A stretch of DNA of 64,000 bases from Candidatus Binatia bacterium (lineage in GTDB: Bacteria > Desulfobacterota > Binatia > UBA12015): the NCBI GenBank assembly GCA_029248525.1, contig JAQWJE010000049.1, forward strand, positions 386,535 to 450,534, read 5' to 3'. This document shows, piece after piece, positions 1 to 9,381 of this stretch. The first letter of the stretch is position 1, and each line of letters opens with the position of its first letter. Below the pieces are notes generated by a model that had not been told where the DNA came from, made no database searches, and worked only from the letters and a program-made list of their open reading frames with translations. The position numbers and the translations under genes were made by a program.

Positions 1-96
1 TTTCTGGGATCAGCAGCAGCCTATGAAACAACCGAGTTTGTGCAAAAGGAGCCTGAGGTGCCTGATCAGCCGGCGGGGCCCAGTGGTCGATTCAAG

Positions 97-411
97 ATGA
101 TCGCGATCCTGCAGCGTCCGGAGGGCCAGTCGCGCGAGGAGTTTCGCCGATGCTGGATCGAGGAGCACAAGCCTCTCGCGCTCGAGCATCATCAGGGTTT
201 GGTGAAATATGTGGCCAATATTGTGGATGCGCAGCTCTCGCCATCCGATTTCCCGATCGATGGAATCAGCGAGCTCCATTTCGCGGATGCGGAGGCTTTT
301 CGGACACAGATGTATACGCATCCGGAAAGTCGCGAAATCATCGCAGCCGACACGAAGCGATTTATCGGGAAATCCTGTGCCTGGTTTGTCCAGGAGCATC
401 ACTTCCGTTGA
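97..411 (+). CDS. EthD-like (stress-responsive alpha/beta barrel) protein
   Basis: ORF 40..411. Internal Met at 97 (MIAILQRPEG...) gives a protein of about 105 aa that resembles EthD/Dabb-family proteins. Start choice uncertain. Confidence 0.45.
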   Translation: MIAILQRPEGQSREEFRRCWIEEHKPLALEHHQGLVKYVANIVDAQLSPSDFPIDGISELHFADAEAFRTQMYTHPESREIIAADTKRFIGKSCAWFVQEHHFR

Positions 412-438
412 ACCGAATGCTCCGGCAACCGCGGGCGC

Positions 439-1059
439 TCAGCTGAGTGGAAAGCCGAGATGCTCTTCGAGGGCCGCCAGTGCGACGGCGGGATCATCGA
501 CCTTGATCGTGGTCATCCCCATCTCCCGAGCCGTTTTCAGATTTCTACCGATATCATCCAGGAAGACCGCGGCGTCGGCGGGGACATTCAGGCGCCCCAG
601 AACCAAATCGTAGATGCGTGGATCCGGCTTTTGCAGGCCCTCGATGGCCGACTCGACAAATTCATCGAAGAAGGGGCGCAGGGGATTGGGTCCAGGGTCG
701 CCGGTGGCCCAGTTGTTGGTCAGGGCTGCGGTGCGAAGACCTTCTTCCCGGATGCGTTCGATCGCCCGCATCATCATGGGTCGCGGCGCGGATTCCGCTC
801 CCATGCGCTCAAACATCGTGCTGGCTGAAATCGTGAACCCGGCTGCGGCACAGTCTTTTTCAAAAGCAGGAAAGAATTGCTCCAGATTGAAAAGCCCACG
901 CTCGAGTTTGCTCCACGCTCCTGCTTCGCCTGTGCTCCCCACGACGCGGTTGACCGACCCGGCAGCAATCCCGAGTTCCTTTTCATAATGAGCAATGGCG
1001 TGAAGCGGGGAGCCGAGGACGACTCCGCCAAGATCAAAGATGACCGCTTGGAAAGGCAT
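439..1059 (-). CDS. HAD-family hydrolase (subfamily IA-like)
   Basis: N-terminal AVIFDLGGVV motif (HAD motif I, DxG). Downstream LTNN and FLDD motifs typical of HAD phosphatases. 206 aa. Confidence 0.6.
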   Translation of the reverse strand: MPFQAVIFDLGGVVLGSPLHAIAHYEKELGIAAGSVNRVVGSTGEAGAWSKLERGLFNLEQFFPAFEKDCAAAGFTISASTMFERMGAESAPRPMMMRAIERIREEGLRTAALTNNWATGDPGPNPLRPFFDEFVESAIEGLQKPDPRIYDLVLGRLNVPADAAVFLDDIGRNLKTAREMGMTTIKVDDPAVALAALEEHLGFPLS

Positions 1060-1177
1060 AGGAAAGCCTTAGCGACTCTGGCGCAGGCCTGCACCGGTTG
1101 GTTTTCGGGGGGATTCCTGACTAGGACTTTCAAATCGAGATGATGCGTCGTGCGAGAACAGGCAGGGGGCTTCGGGA

Positions 1178-2803
1178 GTGAAGCCCCGTCAGGCTCTTTT
1201 CGTCAGTGGAATTGACGGGTTTTGTCATCGCTATGCGGTGTCTCATCGCGTTCGCCATCTGCGCTCCTATGGATGGCAGGTCTCTGTCCTCTCGTATCGG
1301 CACCCGGACCTGAGCGAAGTCGCCTCACGCGCAGATCTTTTATTTCTGTATCGAGTGCCGGCGAATGTCGTGGTGATGCAACTGCTGGATCGGGCGGTCG
1401 CCGCCGGTACCGGGCGGATCGGACTGGTAGATGATCTGATCTTCCGCAGCGAGGCGGACTGCCTTCCCTCTTTTCTGACCCAGCCGCAACAACGAGCGCT
1501 CTGGCGTGAGGGTGCCGATCGCTATGCAAATGTGCTCGCTTTGTGCGACGAAGTTCTGGCGAGTTCGTCGGAGTTGGTAGCGGAGATCGAAAGCCTCGGG
1601 ATCGAAAGCCACCTCTACCGGGATGCTTTGAGCGGGGATGAATTGGACCTCGCTCGAACGGCCAGAGAGTTGGCTGGCGAGAATGCGAAGAACGAAGTCT
1701 TCCGTGTCGGCTACTTCAGTGGGACGGCAACGCATGACGCTGATTTTTCTCGAGCGGCGACCGGGTTGGCAAGGGCCATGCAGGAGGATCCTCGGATCAC
1801 GTTGGCGGTTTTGGGTCCTTTGGCACTTCCATCAGAGCTGGCTCGGTTTGCGGCGCGGATCACGCGGAGTCCGCTGATTCCCTGGGTGGAGTTGCCGGTC
1901 GCGATTGCCGCTGTGGATCTGAATTTGGCGCCTCTGGATACGGAAAGCCGTTTTTCGCGCGCCAAAGGAGCGACCAAGGTGATGGAAGCCTCTGCTTGTG
2001 GCGTCCCTTCGATCGCCAGTCCGACATCCAGCAATCGCGCCGCCACGAGCAAGGGCGGCGGTTGGCTTGCCGACACGGTAGAGGAATGGCGGGATACGAT
2101 TCTCGCCTCGGTCGAGCAACGGCCCGCGATGGCGTCTGCAGGACAGCAGGCTCGAGAGCATATCGTCGGAGCTTATGGTCCAGATTCTCGGCTGCCCGAA
2201 ATGAAAGACCTTCTCGCACGTGTTGAATCCCGCAGGAGCCAAACGACGTCGGCCGGGCGAGTCGCCATTGCACCGCTTGCGGTTTTGCCGGAAGAGCCGT
2301 TCTGGCCCGGGGCGCTCACGCCGGATGCCTTTCCGGTTCTGCCTGAGAAATTGCCTCTGGATACCAGTCCACCTCTTGGTGAGGGCGACCTTCTTTGTCA
2401 GGAGTTTTTCCTGACCTCGCCGGGCCTCTTTCGGGTGGATATTTTCACATGGACGTATGGCCAGAGATTCGCCCACACGATCGGGTTTCGTCTGCGGAGC
2501 CGTGCGGGTGAGGTTCTGGAAGGACAAAGCTGGGACGCGGTTCGCTTGCCGGATCGCGGCTTCTTCGCGTGGGACCTCGAGTCCCCTTTGGCTGCGGGTT
2601 CTTTTATACTGGAAGTGGAAGCACGAGGTACTGGGCCGGGGAACGCGGCGTCCTTCGGGTTGGTGCAAGCCGGTCCCGATCGGTCTCTGGCGAAGATCAA
2701 CGGCAAGGAGATTGCGGGGGCCCTCGGTATCCGCGGGTTTTCTTCCTGGGATCAGGTAGGCTCGAGGGGAGATTTGCCCTATGCACCGAAAACATCTGCT
2801 TGA
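1178..2803 (+). CDS. Glycosyltransferase family 1-like protein with C-terminal extension
   Basis: 541 aa. Central segment GATKVMEASACGVPSIASP resembles the GT-B / GT4 nucleotide-sugar binding region. C-terminal ~200 aa of unknown function. Start uncertain. Confidence 0.4.
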   Translation: MKPRQALFVSGIDGFCHRYAVSHRVRHLRSYGWQVSVLSYRHPDLSEVASRADLLFLYRVPANVVVMQLLDRAVAAGTGRIGLVDDLIFRSEADCLPSFLTQPQQRALWREGADRYANVLALCDEVLASSSELVAEIESLGIESHLYRDALSGDELDLARTARELAGENAKNEVFRVGYFSGTATHDADFSRAATGLARAMQEDPRITLAVLGPLALPSELARFAARITRSPLIPWVELPVAIAAVDLNLAPLDTESRFSRAKGATKVMEASACGVPSIASPTSSNRAATSKGGGWLADTVEEWRDTILASVEQRPAMASAGQQAREHIVGAYGPDSRLPEMKDLLARVESRRSQTTSAGRVAIAPLAVLPEEPFWPGALTPDAFPVLPEKLPLDTSPPLGEGDLLCQEFFLTSPGLFRVDIFTWTYGQRFAHTIGFRLRSRAGEVLEGQSWDAVRLPDRGFFAWDLESPLAAGSFILEVEARGTGPGNAASFGLVQAGPDRSLAKINGKEIAGALGIRGFSSWDQVGSRGDLPYAPKTSA

Positions 2804-3392
2804 GATCCTCCGCCGTTACGAGGCGGTTTACCCCCGGGAGATCGCAACGATCGAGAGAATGCGTGCGTTTGCGGTGGCGCATGAAGATTGCTTTTCGCGA
2901 TCCTGCCTTCCGGGCCATATCACGGCTTCCTGCTGGATTGTTTCCTCCGACGGAAATAGGGCCTTGCTGACGCATCACGCGAAGTTGGATCGCTGGCTCC
3001 AACTCGGAGGGCATGCCGATGGCGATTCTGATCCCTTTGCTGTCGCGCTTCGTGAAGCGCGCGAAGAATCCGGAATGGCGGACTTCATCGAGGCCTCTGG
3101 TGACGAATTTCCGGTGCCTCTGGACATCGATATCCATGGGATTCCGGCGCGCCGGAAGGAGCCCGCCCATTTCCATTACGATCTTCGGTACTTCCTGATT
3201 GCCGGCGCGGAGCAATCCCTCCAGATCAGTGAAGAATCCAAGGATTTGCGATGGGTTCCCCGGGCTCGAATAACCGACCTCACAGACGAAGAAAGCGTCT
3301 TGCGGCTTGAGCGCAAGACACGCGAGCGGCCCGCAAAAAACGATCCGGGCACAGGCCTCGGAGAAGGTGCGTCCGACGGCGAAAGGGGTTAA
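2781..3392 (+). CDS. NUDIX hydrolase
   Basis: Nudix box GG HADGDSDPFAVALREAREESG (GX5EX7REUXEEXGU pattern). 203 aa. Overlaps the upstream ORF by 23 nt. Confidence 0.7.
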   Translation: MHRKHLLEILRRYEAVYPREIATIERMRAFAVAHEDCFSRSCLPGHITASCWIVSSDGNRALLTHHAKLDRWLQLGGHADGDSDPFAVALREAREESGMADFIEASGDEFPVPLDIDIHGIPARRKEPAHFHYDLRYFLIAGAEQSLQISEESKDLRWVPRARITDLTDEESVLRLERKTRERPAKNDPGTGLGEGASDGERG

Positions 3393-3401
3393 GAGTCTCG
3401 C

Positions 3402-4877
3402 ATGTCTCTGAATGATCGTACGCCGGTATTAGTGGGTGCAGGAGCTGTCACTCAGCGGGAGAAGGACCCCCGGAAGTCGATGGAGGCCGCAGCGTTGATG
3501 GTCGAGGCGGCTCGTCGCGCAGCCTCGGATGCTGGCAGTGAGGAACTCTTGTCCCGTGCTTCATCGATTCGCGTCACCAACGGCATTTGGGATTACCCGA
3601 ATCCGGCAAGGATCCTCGCCGATCAATTTGGTGCCGACAGTGCGCGGACGGATCTCGTCGAGGTCGGTATCCTGCAGAGCACACTTCTTGCGGATGCGGC
3701 TCGGGCGATTGCGGACGGCTCGGAAGATATTTCTCTGGTGGTCGGTGGGGAAGCCAAGTTTCGTTCCCTCCGCTCGATGATCACGGGCGAGGCTGTGGAG
3801 GATACAACGCAGGCGCCGGGCGAAAAACCCGACCGATTTCTCGAGCCATCCAAGGAGATCCTCAACCCCCTGGAGCTGGAATTTGGTCTGGGGATGCCGG
3901 TAAACCAGTATGCGCTTTTGGAAAGCGCCTTGCGTCATGCCCAAGGTGAGAGCGTCGAGGAGAACCGCCGGGCGCTTGGGGAACTGTATTCCGGCATGAG
4001 CAAGGTTGCCTCGGGTAATCCCGAAGCCTGGGTGCAGGAAGAGCTCTCGCCAGAAGAAATTTCCACGCCCTCCGCGAAGAACCGGATGCTCGCGTTTCCC
4101 TATACGAAGCGTCACAATTCGCAGTGGAACGTGGATCAAGCGGCTTGCCTGATCCTTTGTTCCCTCAAAGTGGCGCGAGAGCTGGGCCTTGCGGAGGATC
4201 GGTTTCTGTTTCCTCTGGCGGCGGCCGAGTCGAATCATATGGTTTCTCTGGTCGAGCGCGGGGCACTCGACCGTTGCTTCGGCTTTCAACTGGCGGGTGC
4301 TGCTGCACTGCGTTCCGCCGGATTGTCGATCGAGGACGTGCAACGCTTCGAACTCTACAGCTGCTTCCCCGTGGCGGTTCGGAGCCAGATGCGTGAGCTC
4401 GAAGTTCCGTCCGGTGCCGAGGTCACTCAATGTGGTGGCATGGCCTATGCCGGCGGGCCGTTGAACAATTTCACATTTCAGGGCCTGGTCCGGATGGTCG
4501 CCCAATTACGCGAAAACCCCGGCGAGATCGGTCTGGTTACGTCCGTGAGCGGTATGCTGACCAAGCAGGGCGTGACCTTATGGTCGACCAAGGCACCCGA
4601 ACGCCCCTTCGAGTTCACGGATGTGTCGGAGGAAGTTGCCTCGCAGATGCCCGTCTACGAAGTTGTCAGGGACTACAAGGGCCCGGCGATCATTTCCGCA
4701 GCCACCGTGCAGTTCTCCGGCGAAGCCGGCGGGAATGCAATCTTCGTATGTGATTTGCCGGATCAACGACGGACTCTCGCGATCTCATCGGACGAGGCGG
4801 TGATGGCGACCGTCCAGCACGAAGAGGTCTGCGGTCGTCCCATCGAAATTTCGGGAAACGTTGCGACCTTTTCCTGA
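3402..4877 (+). CDS. Thiolase-family protein (SCP-x / acetyl-CoA acetyltransferase-like)
   Basis: 491 aa. N-terminal PVLVGAGAV motif and overall thiolase-like organisation with Cys/His-containing C-terminal half. Possible C-terminal OB-fold-like tail. Confidence 0.5.
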   Translation: MSLNDRTPVLVGAGAVTQREKDPRKSMEAAALMVEAARRAASDAGSEELLSRASSIRVTNGIWDYPNPARILADQFGADSARTDLVEVGILQSTLLADAARAIADGSEDISLVVGGEAKFRSLRSMITGEAVEDTTQAPGEKPDRFLEPSKEILNPLELEFGLGMPVNQYALLESALRHAQGESVEENRRALGELYSGMSKVASGNPEAWVQEELSPEEISTPSAKNRMLAFPYTKRHNSQWNVDQAACLILCSLKVARELGLAEDRFLFPLAAAESNHMVSLVERGALDRCFGFQLAGAAALRSAGLSIEDVQRFELYSCFPVAVRSQMRELEVPSGAEVTQCGGMAYAGGPLNNFTFQGLVRMVAQLRENPGEIGLVTSVSGMLTKQGVTLWSTKAPERPFEFTDVSEEVASQMPVYEVVRDYKGPAIISAATVQFSGEAGGNAIFVCDLPDQRRTLAISSDEAVMATVQHEEVCGRPIEISGNVATFS

Positions 4878-4919
4878 AAGTCGTTCGTGAAGCGTCGCAA
4901 TCGCTTCGTCAGGAAAAAA

Positions 4920-5216
4920 CTACTCGCCCAGGGGTGATGTGAGCATCTGCCAGGGTGTCGTCACAAAACGATCCCGGGCGTCTCGCTCGGCGCCGCTGGC
5001 CAAGGTTATGGGAAGCGATACCCCATAGAAAATGGCACCCGAGATCGTGGCGAGCAGCAGGGTCGGTCGTCCGACGAGCAGGTCGAGAGCGATTCCTCCT
5101 GCTCTGGAACCTTCGCTGGTGGCGCTGGAATCGTCGGCAAGGGCTGCCGAAGGCGCGAACGCGAGGGCGAGGGCGAAGAGAGATGCGGCAAAGATTCTTG
5201 TCAATTTCTTGAACAT
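4920..5216 (-). CDS. Small secreted/membrane protein (signal peptide)
   Basis: 98 aa. N-terminal MFKKLTRIFAASLFALALAFAPSAALA signal peptide. Strong RBS GGAGGA 6 nt upstream of the ATG on the minus strand. Confidence 0.5.
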   Translation of the reverse strand: MFKKLTRIFAASLFALALAFAPSAALADDSSATSEGSRAGGIALDLLVGRPTLLLATISGAIFYGVSLPITLASGAERDARDRFVTTPWQMLTSPLGE

Positions 5217-5286
5217 ATCGTTTCCTCCAAGTCGGTGGGTATCAGGTTACCGGAGAGAGGTCGACAGCATCTCTGCCTGAGAGCAA

Positions 5287-6678
5287 TCAGGCAGCCGAGG
5301 AAAGCTTCCCGGAAGGGTGATTCAGAATCTCGTCCATGGCCTCGTGCCGGAATGCAAAAATCTTGGCGAGGTCGGCTCGAACCAGCCAGCCGGCGACAAT
5401 TTCGCCGAGACCCCCGAGCGGCAATCGATAACGAATATGATCGCGAACAATCGTACCGCCCGGTACCTCCTCGAATTGATGAGTATGGTGCCAGAGGGAG
5501 TATGGACCGCTCTCCTGCACGTCGGAGAATTCAGTTTCGGGAGACCACCCGCGGATGACCGTGCGCCATTTCACAGGGATACCGTGGAGCGTCAGTTGGT
5601 AGCGAATCCGGCTTCCCGAATCGAGACTGCCCTCAGGACATTCGAGAATCTTGAAATTGAGGAATTTCGGAGTCAGCTTCTCCAGATTGCCCGGATCCGC
5701 GAAGAATTCGAAGACTTCTGTTCGCGGTTTCTCGATAAATTGCTCCCGAAGAATCTCGTAGCTATCCGCGGATACAATCTCGGCCAGAGCGGTCTCCAGT
5801 GTCGGGTAGCGGAAGCTGAAACCGGTCTCGGCGATGGCCTTGCTGTCAACGCGTGTACTGGCGAGCATCAAGTTCGCGAGCTCTCCGAACACGGCTCGCA
5901 TCGCAATGGCAGGCACCGGGACAACGGCGGGGCGATGCAAAACTCGCCCCAAAGTTTTGGTGAACTCCAGATTGCGAACAGGATTGGGCGCGGTCGCGTT
6001 CCATGAGCCTTCGATCTCCTCATGCTCGACGACGTGCTTGAGCATTGCCACGACATCGTCGAGATGAATCCAGCTCATCCATTGCCGGCCAGATCCCAGT
6101 CGCCCACCGGCTCCCATCCGGAAGATCGGCAGAATCGGTCCCAGCATCCCGCCATCGGGGGCGAGCACGAGGCCGATTCGCAATGTGGCTACGCGCAAGC
6201 CATGCTTTTGCGCACCAAACGCCTCGGCTTCCCAATCGGCGCAGAGTTTGTCGAGGAACCCGGTGCCGGCGGCCGCTGTTTCGGAGAGAGTTTCCTCGCC
6301 CCGATCGCCGTAAAATCCTATGGCCGAGGCGTTGATCAAATTCCTTGGTCGTTGCTCTTCGGGGACCTCGGCAATCGCTTTGACCAGAGCCCTCGTCGTC
6401 TCGATTCGGGAGTCCACGAGGTCTTTTTTTCGGCTTTCGGACCAGCGTTTGCCTGCAATATTCTCTCCGGCCAAATGAATGACGGTATCGAACCCTGCGA
6501 GCGTATTGCTTTCGATCGCTTCCGGGTTCCAGCCGGCGATATGGCAACGAGCGGAAATGCGTCCGCCCACCGCGGCGGGGCGCCGTGTCCAGCAGGTGAC
6601 CTCATGTCCGGAGATGGACAGGAGACGGGAAAGAGGGTTGCCGATTTGGCCGGTGGCTCCGGTGATGAGAATTTTCAT
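5287..6678 (-). CDS. TIGR01777-type NAD-dependent epimerase/dehydratase (YfcH-like) fused to SRPBCC domain
   Basis: N-terminal MKILITGATGQIGNPL Rossmann motif. C-terminal ~150 aa resembles the SRPBCC/polyketide-cyclase fold. 463 aa. Confidence 0.6.
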   Translation of the reverse strand: MKILITGATGQIGNPLSRLLSISGHEVTCWTRRPAAVGGRISARCHIAGWNPEAIESNTLAGFDTVIHLAGENIAGKRWSESRKKDLVDSRIETTRALVKAIAEVPEEQRPRNLINASAIGFYGDRGEETLSETAAAGTGFLDKLCADWEAEAFGAQKHGLRVATLRIGLVLAPDGGMLGPILPIFRMGAGGRLGSGRQWMSWIHLDDVVAMLKHVVEHEEIEGSWNATAPNPVRNLEFTKTLGRVLHRPAVVPVPAIAMRAVFGELANLMLASTRVDSKAIAETGFSFRYPTLETALAEIVSADSYEILREQFIEKPRTEVFEFFADPGNLEKLTPKFLNFKILECPEGSLDSGSRIRYQLTLHGIPVKWRTVIRGWSPETEFSDVQESGPYSLWHHTHQFEEVPGGTIVRDHIRYRLPLGGLGEIVAGWLVRADLAKIFAFRHEAMDEILNHPSGKLSSAA

Positions 6679-6725
6679 GGAGGATTGTCTTTCTTGCGGA
6701 CCCAGCCGTTGCGGGCCGGTTGCTG

Positions 6726-7028
6726 CTAGTGAACGGTTTCTTCGCCTCGCGCCAGGATCTCGGAAATATGGCTGGAGGTCTCGAGGACTTCGTCAAGGAT
6801 CGCGATGGATTCCCAATTCATCGCGAATCCACGGAAGGCGCTCGTCGACAAGGCCATGAAGGGTTCCAGAAGTTCGTCGACGGAATGCGCTTTCTCGATA
6901 CGAACTCGAATTTCATCGAAGAAAACCAATTGATCTTTTTCTCCCGCGTCGCGCACCGCGTCGCAGAGCATCTGCAACCGTGGCACGATATCGCGGTGTG
7001 CGGATTCCAGCGCGTCGAATGATGTCAT
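6726..7028 (-). CDS. Hypothetical protein
   Basis: ORF 6726..7103. Internal Met (MTSFDALESAHR...) chosen to avoid overlap with the upstream gene. Co-directional with neighbours. No recognisable motif. Confidence 0.3.
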   Translation of the reverse strand: MTSFDALESAHRDIVPRLQMLCDAVRDAGEKDQLVFFDEIRVRIEKAHSVDELLEPFMALSTSAFRGFAMNWESIAILDEVLETSSHISEILARGEETVH

Positions 7029-7044
7029 CAAAGGCTCCTTTGGC

Positions 7045-7605
7045 TCAGTAGGGGAAGTAAGCGGGCCAGATGAGGGCATCCAGAACCACGGTCTGGAGGC
7101 CAAAGCCGAGGGCCCCCGCTATGGCCCACGTTCGTCCCCGATCGTTTGGTTTGGCGCCCAGCAGGGCAAAGAAGAGAAAGATCGTGCCGATGGCGACCGA
7201 ATAGAGGCTCGCGCAGATCAGCGCCCACAGGACCGGCCCCGGGTTTTCGACCATGGCATTCGTGAGAGGGAGCCAAAGAGCGGAAGGAATCAGTATGGCT
7301 GCGTAGATCCAGTTGAACCCCGCGTAGCTGAAGCGCCCGAAGAGTCGGGTTTCTGCAGGATCCATCCGACGGTAGATATAGTGAGAGAAAAGGAAGTAGC
7401 CGGTTGCCGCCACGAACATATTTGCTGTGTAGATGGGCTGCAGGTGGCTGGGGACCCCGCCCCACACAGAGCCTGTTGCGGGCGCATCAAGCGCGCCAAG
7501 GACGTAGCTCAATAGAACAGCCGTGCCCCCCACGAGGTTCAGTCGCAGGAGATTTTTGCGCGCGGCGAAGGCCTCGGCAATTGGATCAGCATCGTCACAG
7601 ATCAT
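7045..7605 (-). CDS. Integral membrane protein (unknown function)
   Basis: 186 aa with 5-6 hydrophobic spans. Start overlaps the stop of the upstream gene (7602) by 4 nt, consistent with translational coupling. Confidence 0.45.
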   Translation of the reverse strand: MICDDADPIAEAFAARKNLLRLNLVGGTAVLLSYVLGALDAPATGSVWGGVPSHLQPIYTANMFVAATGYFLFSHYIYRRMDPAETRLFGRFSYAGFNWIYAAILIPSALWLPLTNAMVENPGPVLWALICASLYSVAIGTIFLFFALLGAKPNDRGRTWAIAGALGFGLQTVVLDALIWPAYFPY

Positions 7606-8183
7606 GAGGTTTCCTCGCCCAGAAGTTTCTTTTTGAGTGATTCATCGAGTGGTTGGTCTCCGAGCCAGATCCCGAAGAGAGCGGTGGCGAAATTTTGACC
7701 GGGCATGGTGCCAAGAGGCTCCCCGTTGAGGGCGAGTTCTGTGCCCCGGTCCGGAAGATACGTCAGGGAATACCGATCCCCACTTTCGACGTCTCGATAG
7801 AATTGATTGAACGTATCAATCTGGTCACGGAGACTCTCAAACTTTTCTGCGTCGGTATTTTTACGGATCCCCTCGACGGTCGCTTTTTGAAATTCGTTCG
7901 CTGGAATATCCCAGAAATATTCTATTTCGAGACGTCGAGCCTTGTCCTGCGAACCGTTGGTGTCGGGCGAAATGGGGGCCTGCTGGTAGAGCGCTGCCAC
8001 GTAGCCGCGAAAGATCACCTTGTAGCGCAGGAGTCCTGCACCCTGAAGGTTCATCTCGCGGGGGCCGGCGCGCAGGGACTCCGGGAATTGAACGCCCTCG
8101 ATCGTTCGGGCAGCAGCTTGGCTGACCGGAAGGATCGCCAGGCCGATCACCAGAGACCACGTTATAAGTCGCGACAAGAACAT
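7602..8183 (-). CDS. Chalcone-isomerase-like (CHI-fold / fatty-acid-binding-like) secreted protein
   Basis: 193 aa. Signal peptide MFLSRLITWSLVIGLAILPVSQAAA. Sequence resembles bacterial chalcone isomerase-like family proteins. Inference from motif recollection only. Confidence 0.45.
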   Translation of the reverse strand: MFLSRLITWSLVIGLAILPVSQAAARTIEGVQFPESLRAGPREMNLQGAGLLRYKVIFRGYVAALYQQAPISPDTNGSQDKARRLEIEYFWDIPANEFQKATVEGIRKNTDAEKFESLRDQIDTFNQFYRDVESGDRYSLTYLPDRGTELALNGEPLGTMPGQNFATALFGIWLGDQPLDESLKKKLLGEETS

Positions 8184-8289
8184 CTACTCCAACAGACTAG
8201 ACACGGACTCGCTCCTGTCAATGTGTCGCTTGTCGTACGGCGGAGCATCTTGAAAACGTAGATAAAAAAAGGCTTTTTTCTAATCACCC

Positions 8290-9381
8290 TCAGGGCGCCG
8301 GGCGGCCCCCCGGGCGTGCGCCGCCGGCGGGTCGAGTGGGTCGCCTCGGGGCCGGACAGCAACCGGGTCGGCAGAAGTCCGGCGCTGCCGGAAATTGGCC
8401 CATGCTCGCTGGAGAATGGCCTTCGATTCTTTCGAGAATCAGCTTGCGAATCATGCCGACGAAGCCGGCGTCGGTTCCTACCGTTCGCGCCCGCACCATT
8501 TGCAGACCAATTTCCTCGCAGGTGTCGGCCGCCTCGTGGTCCAGGTCGTAGAGAACCTCCATATGATCGGAGACAAAACCGATCGGCATGACGATCACAT
8601 CGCTTGTGCCGTCCTCTTTCAACGATCGGAGATGGTCGCAAATGTCCGGGTCGAGCCATGGGATCTGGGGTGGGCCGCTCCGGCTCTGATAGACCAGGTC
8701 CCAATGCGAGGAGTCGTATCCGTTCTGCGCCGCGACCAGGCCCGACAGCTCCGTGAGCTGTTGTTTGTAGTCCGACGAATCGCTCATGGAGACGGGAATA
8801 CTATGGGCGGTGAACGCAATCCTCAGGTCTGTCCGACGCTCCTCGGGGATCTTGGCGATTGCCTCTGCGAGGCCGCGTCCGTTCGCGTCGACGAAATCCG
8901 GGTGATTGTAGAACAGACGTAGTTTGTCGATGACCGGGGCCCCGGGGCCGACGACCTCTCGGGCTTTTTCAATATCCTCGCGATATTGTCGGCAACTGGA
9001 ATAGGAACCGGTCGAAGCGGTGACGAACGCGAGGGCGCGCTGTACGCCATCCGCTTTCATCTCGCCGATGGTATCCGCGAGCATCGGGTGCCAGTTTCGA
9101 TTGCCCCAATAAATCGGCAAGTCGAGGCCATTTGCGGCAAAGTCCTCTCGCATGGCGGCCAGCAGGTGCCGGCATTGTTCATTGATCGGGCTGACCCCGC
9201 CAAAGGCATTGTAATGCTCGGAGACTTCCAGCATTCGCTCCCGGGGCACATTGCGACCCCGCAGGACATTTTCGAGAAAGGGCATCACATCGTCCGGCCC
9301 CTCGGGGCCACCGAACGACACCAAAAGGATGGCATCATAGGCGCCGTCGGGCGCAGGGCTGCGTTCATCTGAGTCAGTCAT
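8290..9381 (-). CDS. hemH: Ferrochelatase
   Basis: ILLVSFGGPEGPDDVMPFL... and the rest of the sequence match ferrochelatase. ATG at 9379-9381 chosen (MTDSDE...). Long Pro/Arg-rich C-terminal tail. Start overlaps the upstream acyltransferase stop. Confidence 0.85.
   Translation of the reverse strand: MTDSDERSPAPDGAYDAILLVSFGGPEGPDDVMPFLENVLRGRNVPRERMLEVSEHYNAFGGVSPINEQCRHLLAAMREDFAANGLDLPIYWGNRNWHPMLADTIGEMKADGVQRALAFVTASTGSYSSCRQYREDIEKAREVVGPGAPVIDKLRLFYNHPDFVDANGRGLAEAIAKIPEERRTDLRIAFTAHSIPVSMSDSSDYKQQLTELSGLVAAQNGYDSSHWDLVYQSRSGPPQIPWLDPDICDHLRSLKEDGTSDVIVMPIGFVSDHMEVLYDLDHEAADTCEEIGLQMVRARTVGTDAGFVGMIRKLILERIEGHSPASMGQFPAAPDFCRPGCCPAPRRPTRPAGGARPGGRPAP

Noticed and set aside
1832-2668. 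278-aa minus ORF
   Set aside because: Inside and antisense to the glycosyltransferase-like gene. Arg-rich.
3561-4505. 314-aa minus-strand ORF
   Set aside because: Antisense to the thiolase-like gene. No motifs.
4861-4920. Weak 6-bp hairpin followed by an A-run between convergent genes
   Set aside because: Stem too short and no U-tract on either transcript. Not called as terminator.
8184-8289. AT-rich A7-GGC-T6 element downstream of hemH
   Set aside because: Not a clean inverted repeat. Could be a weak terminator but evidence insufficient.
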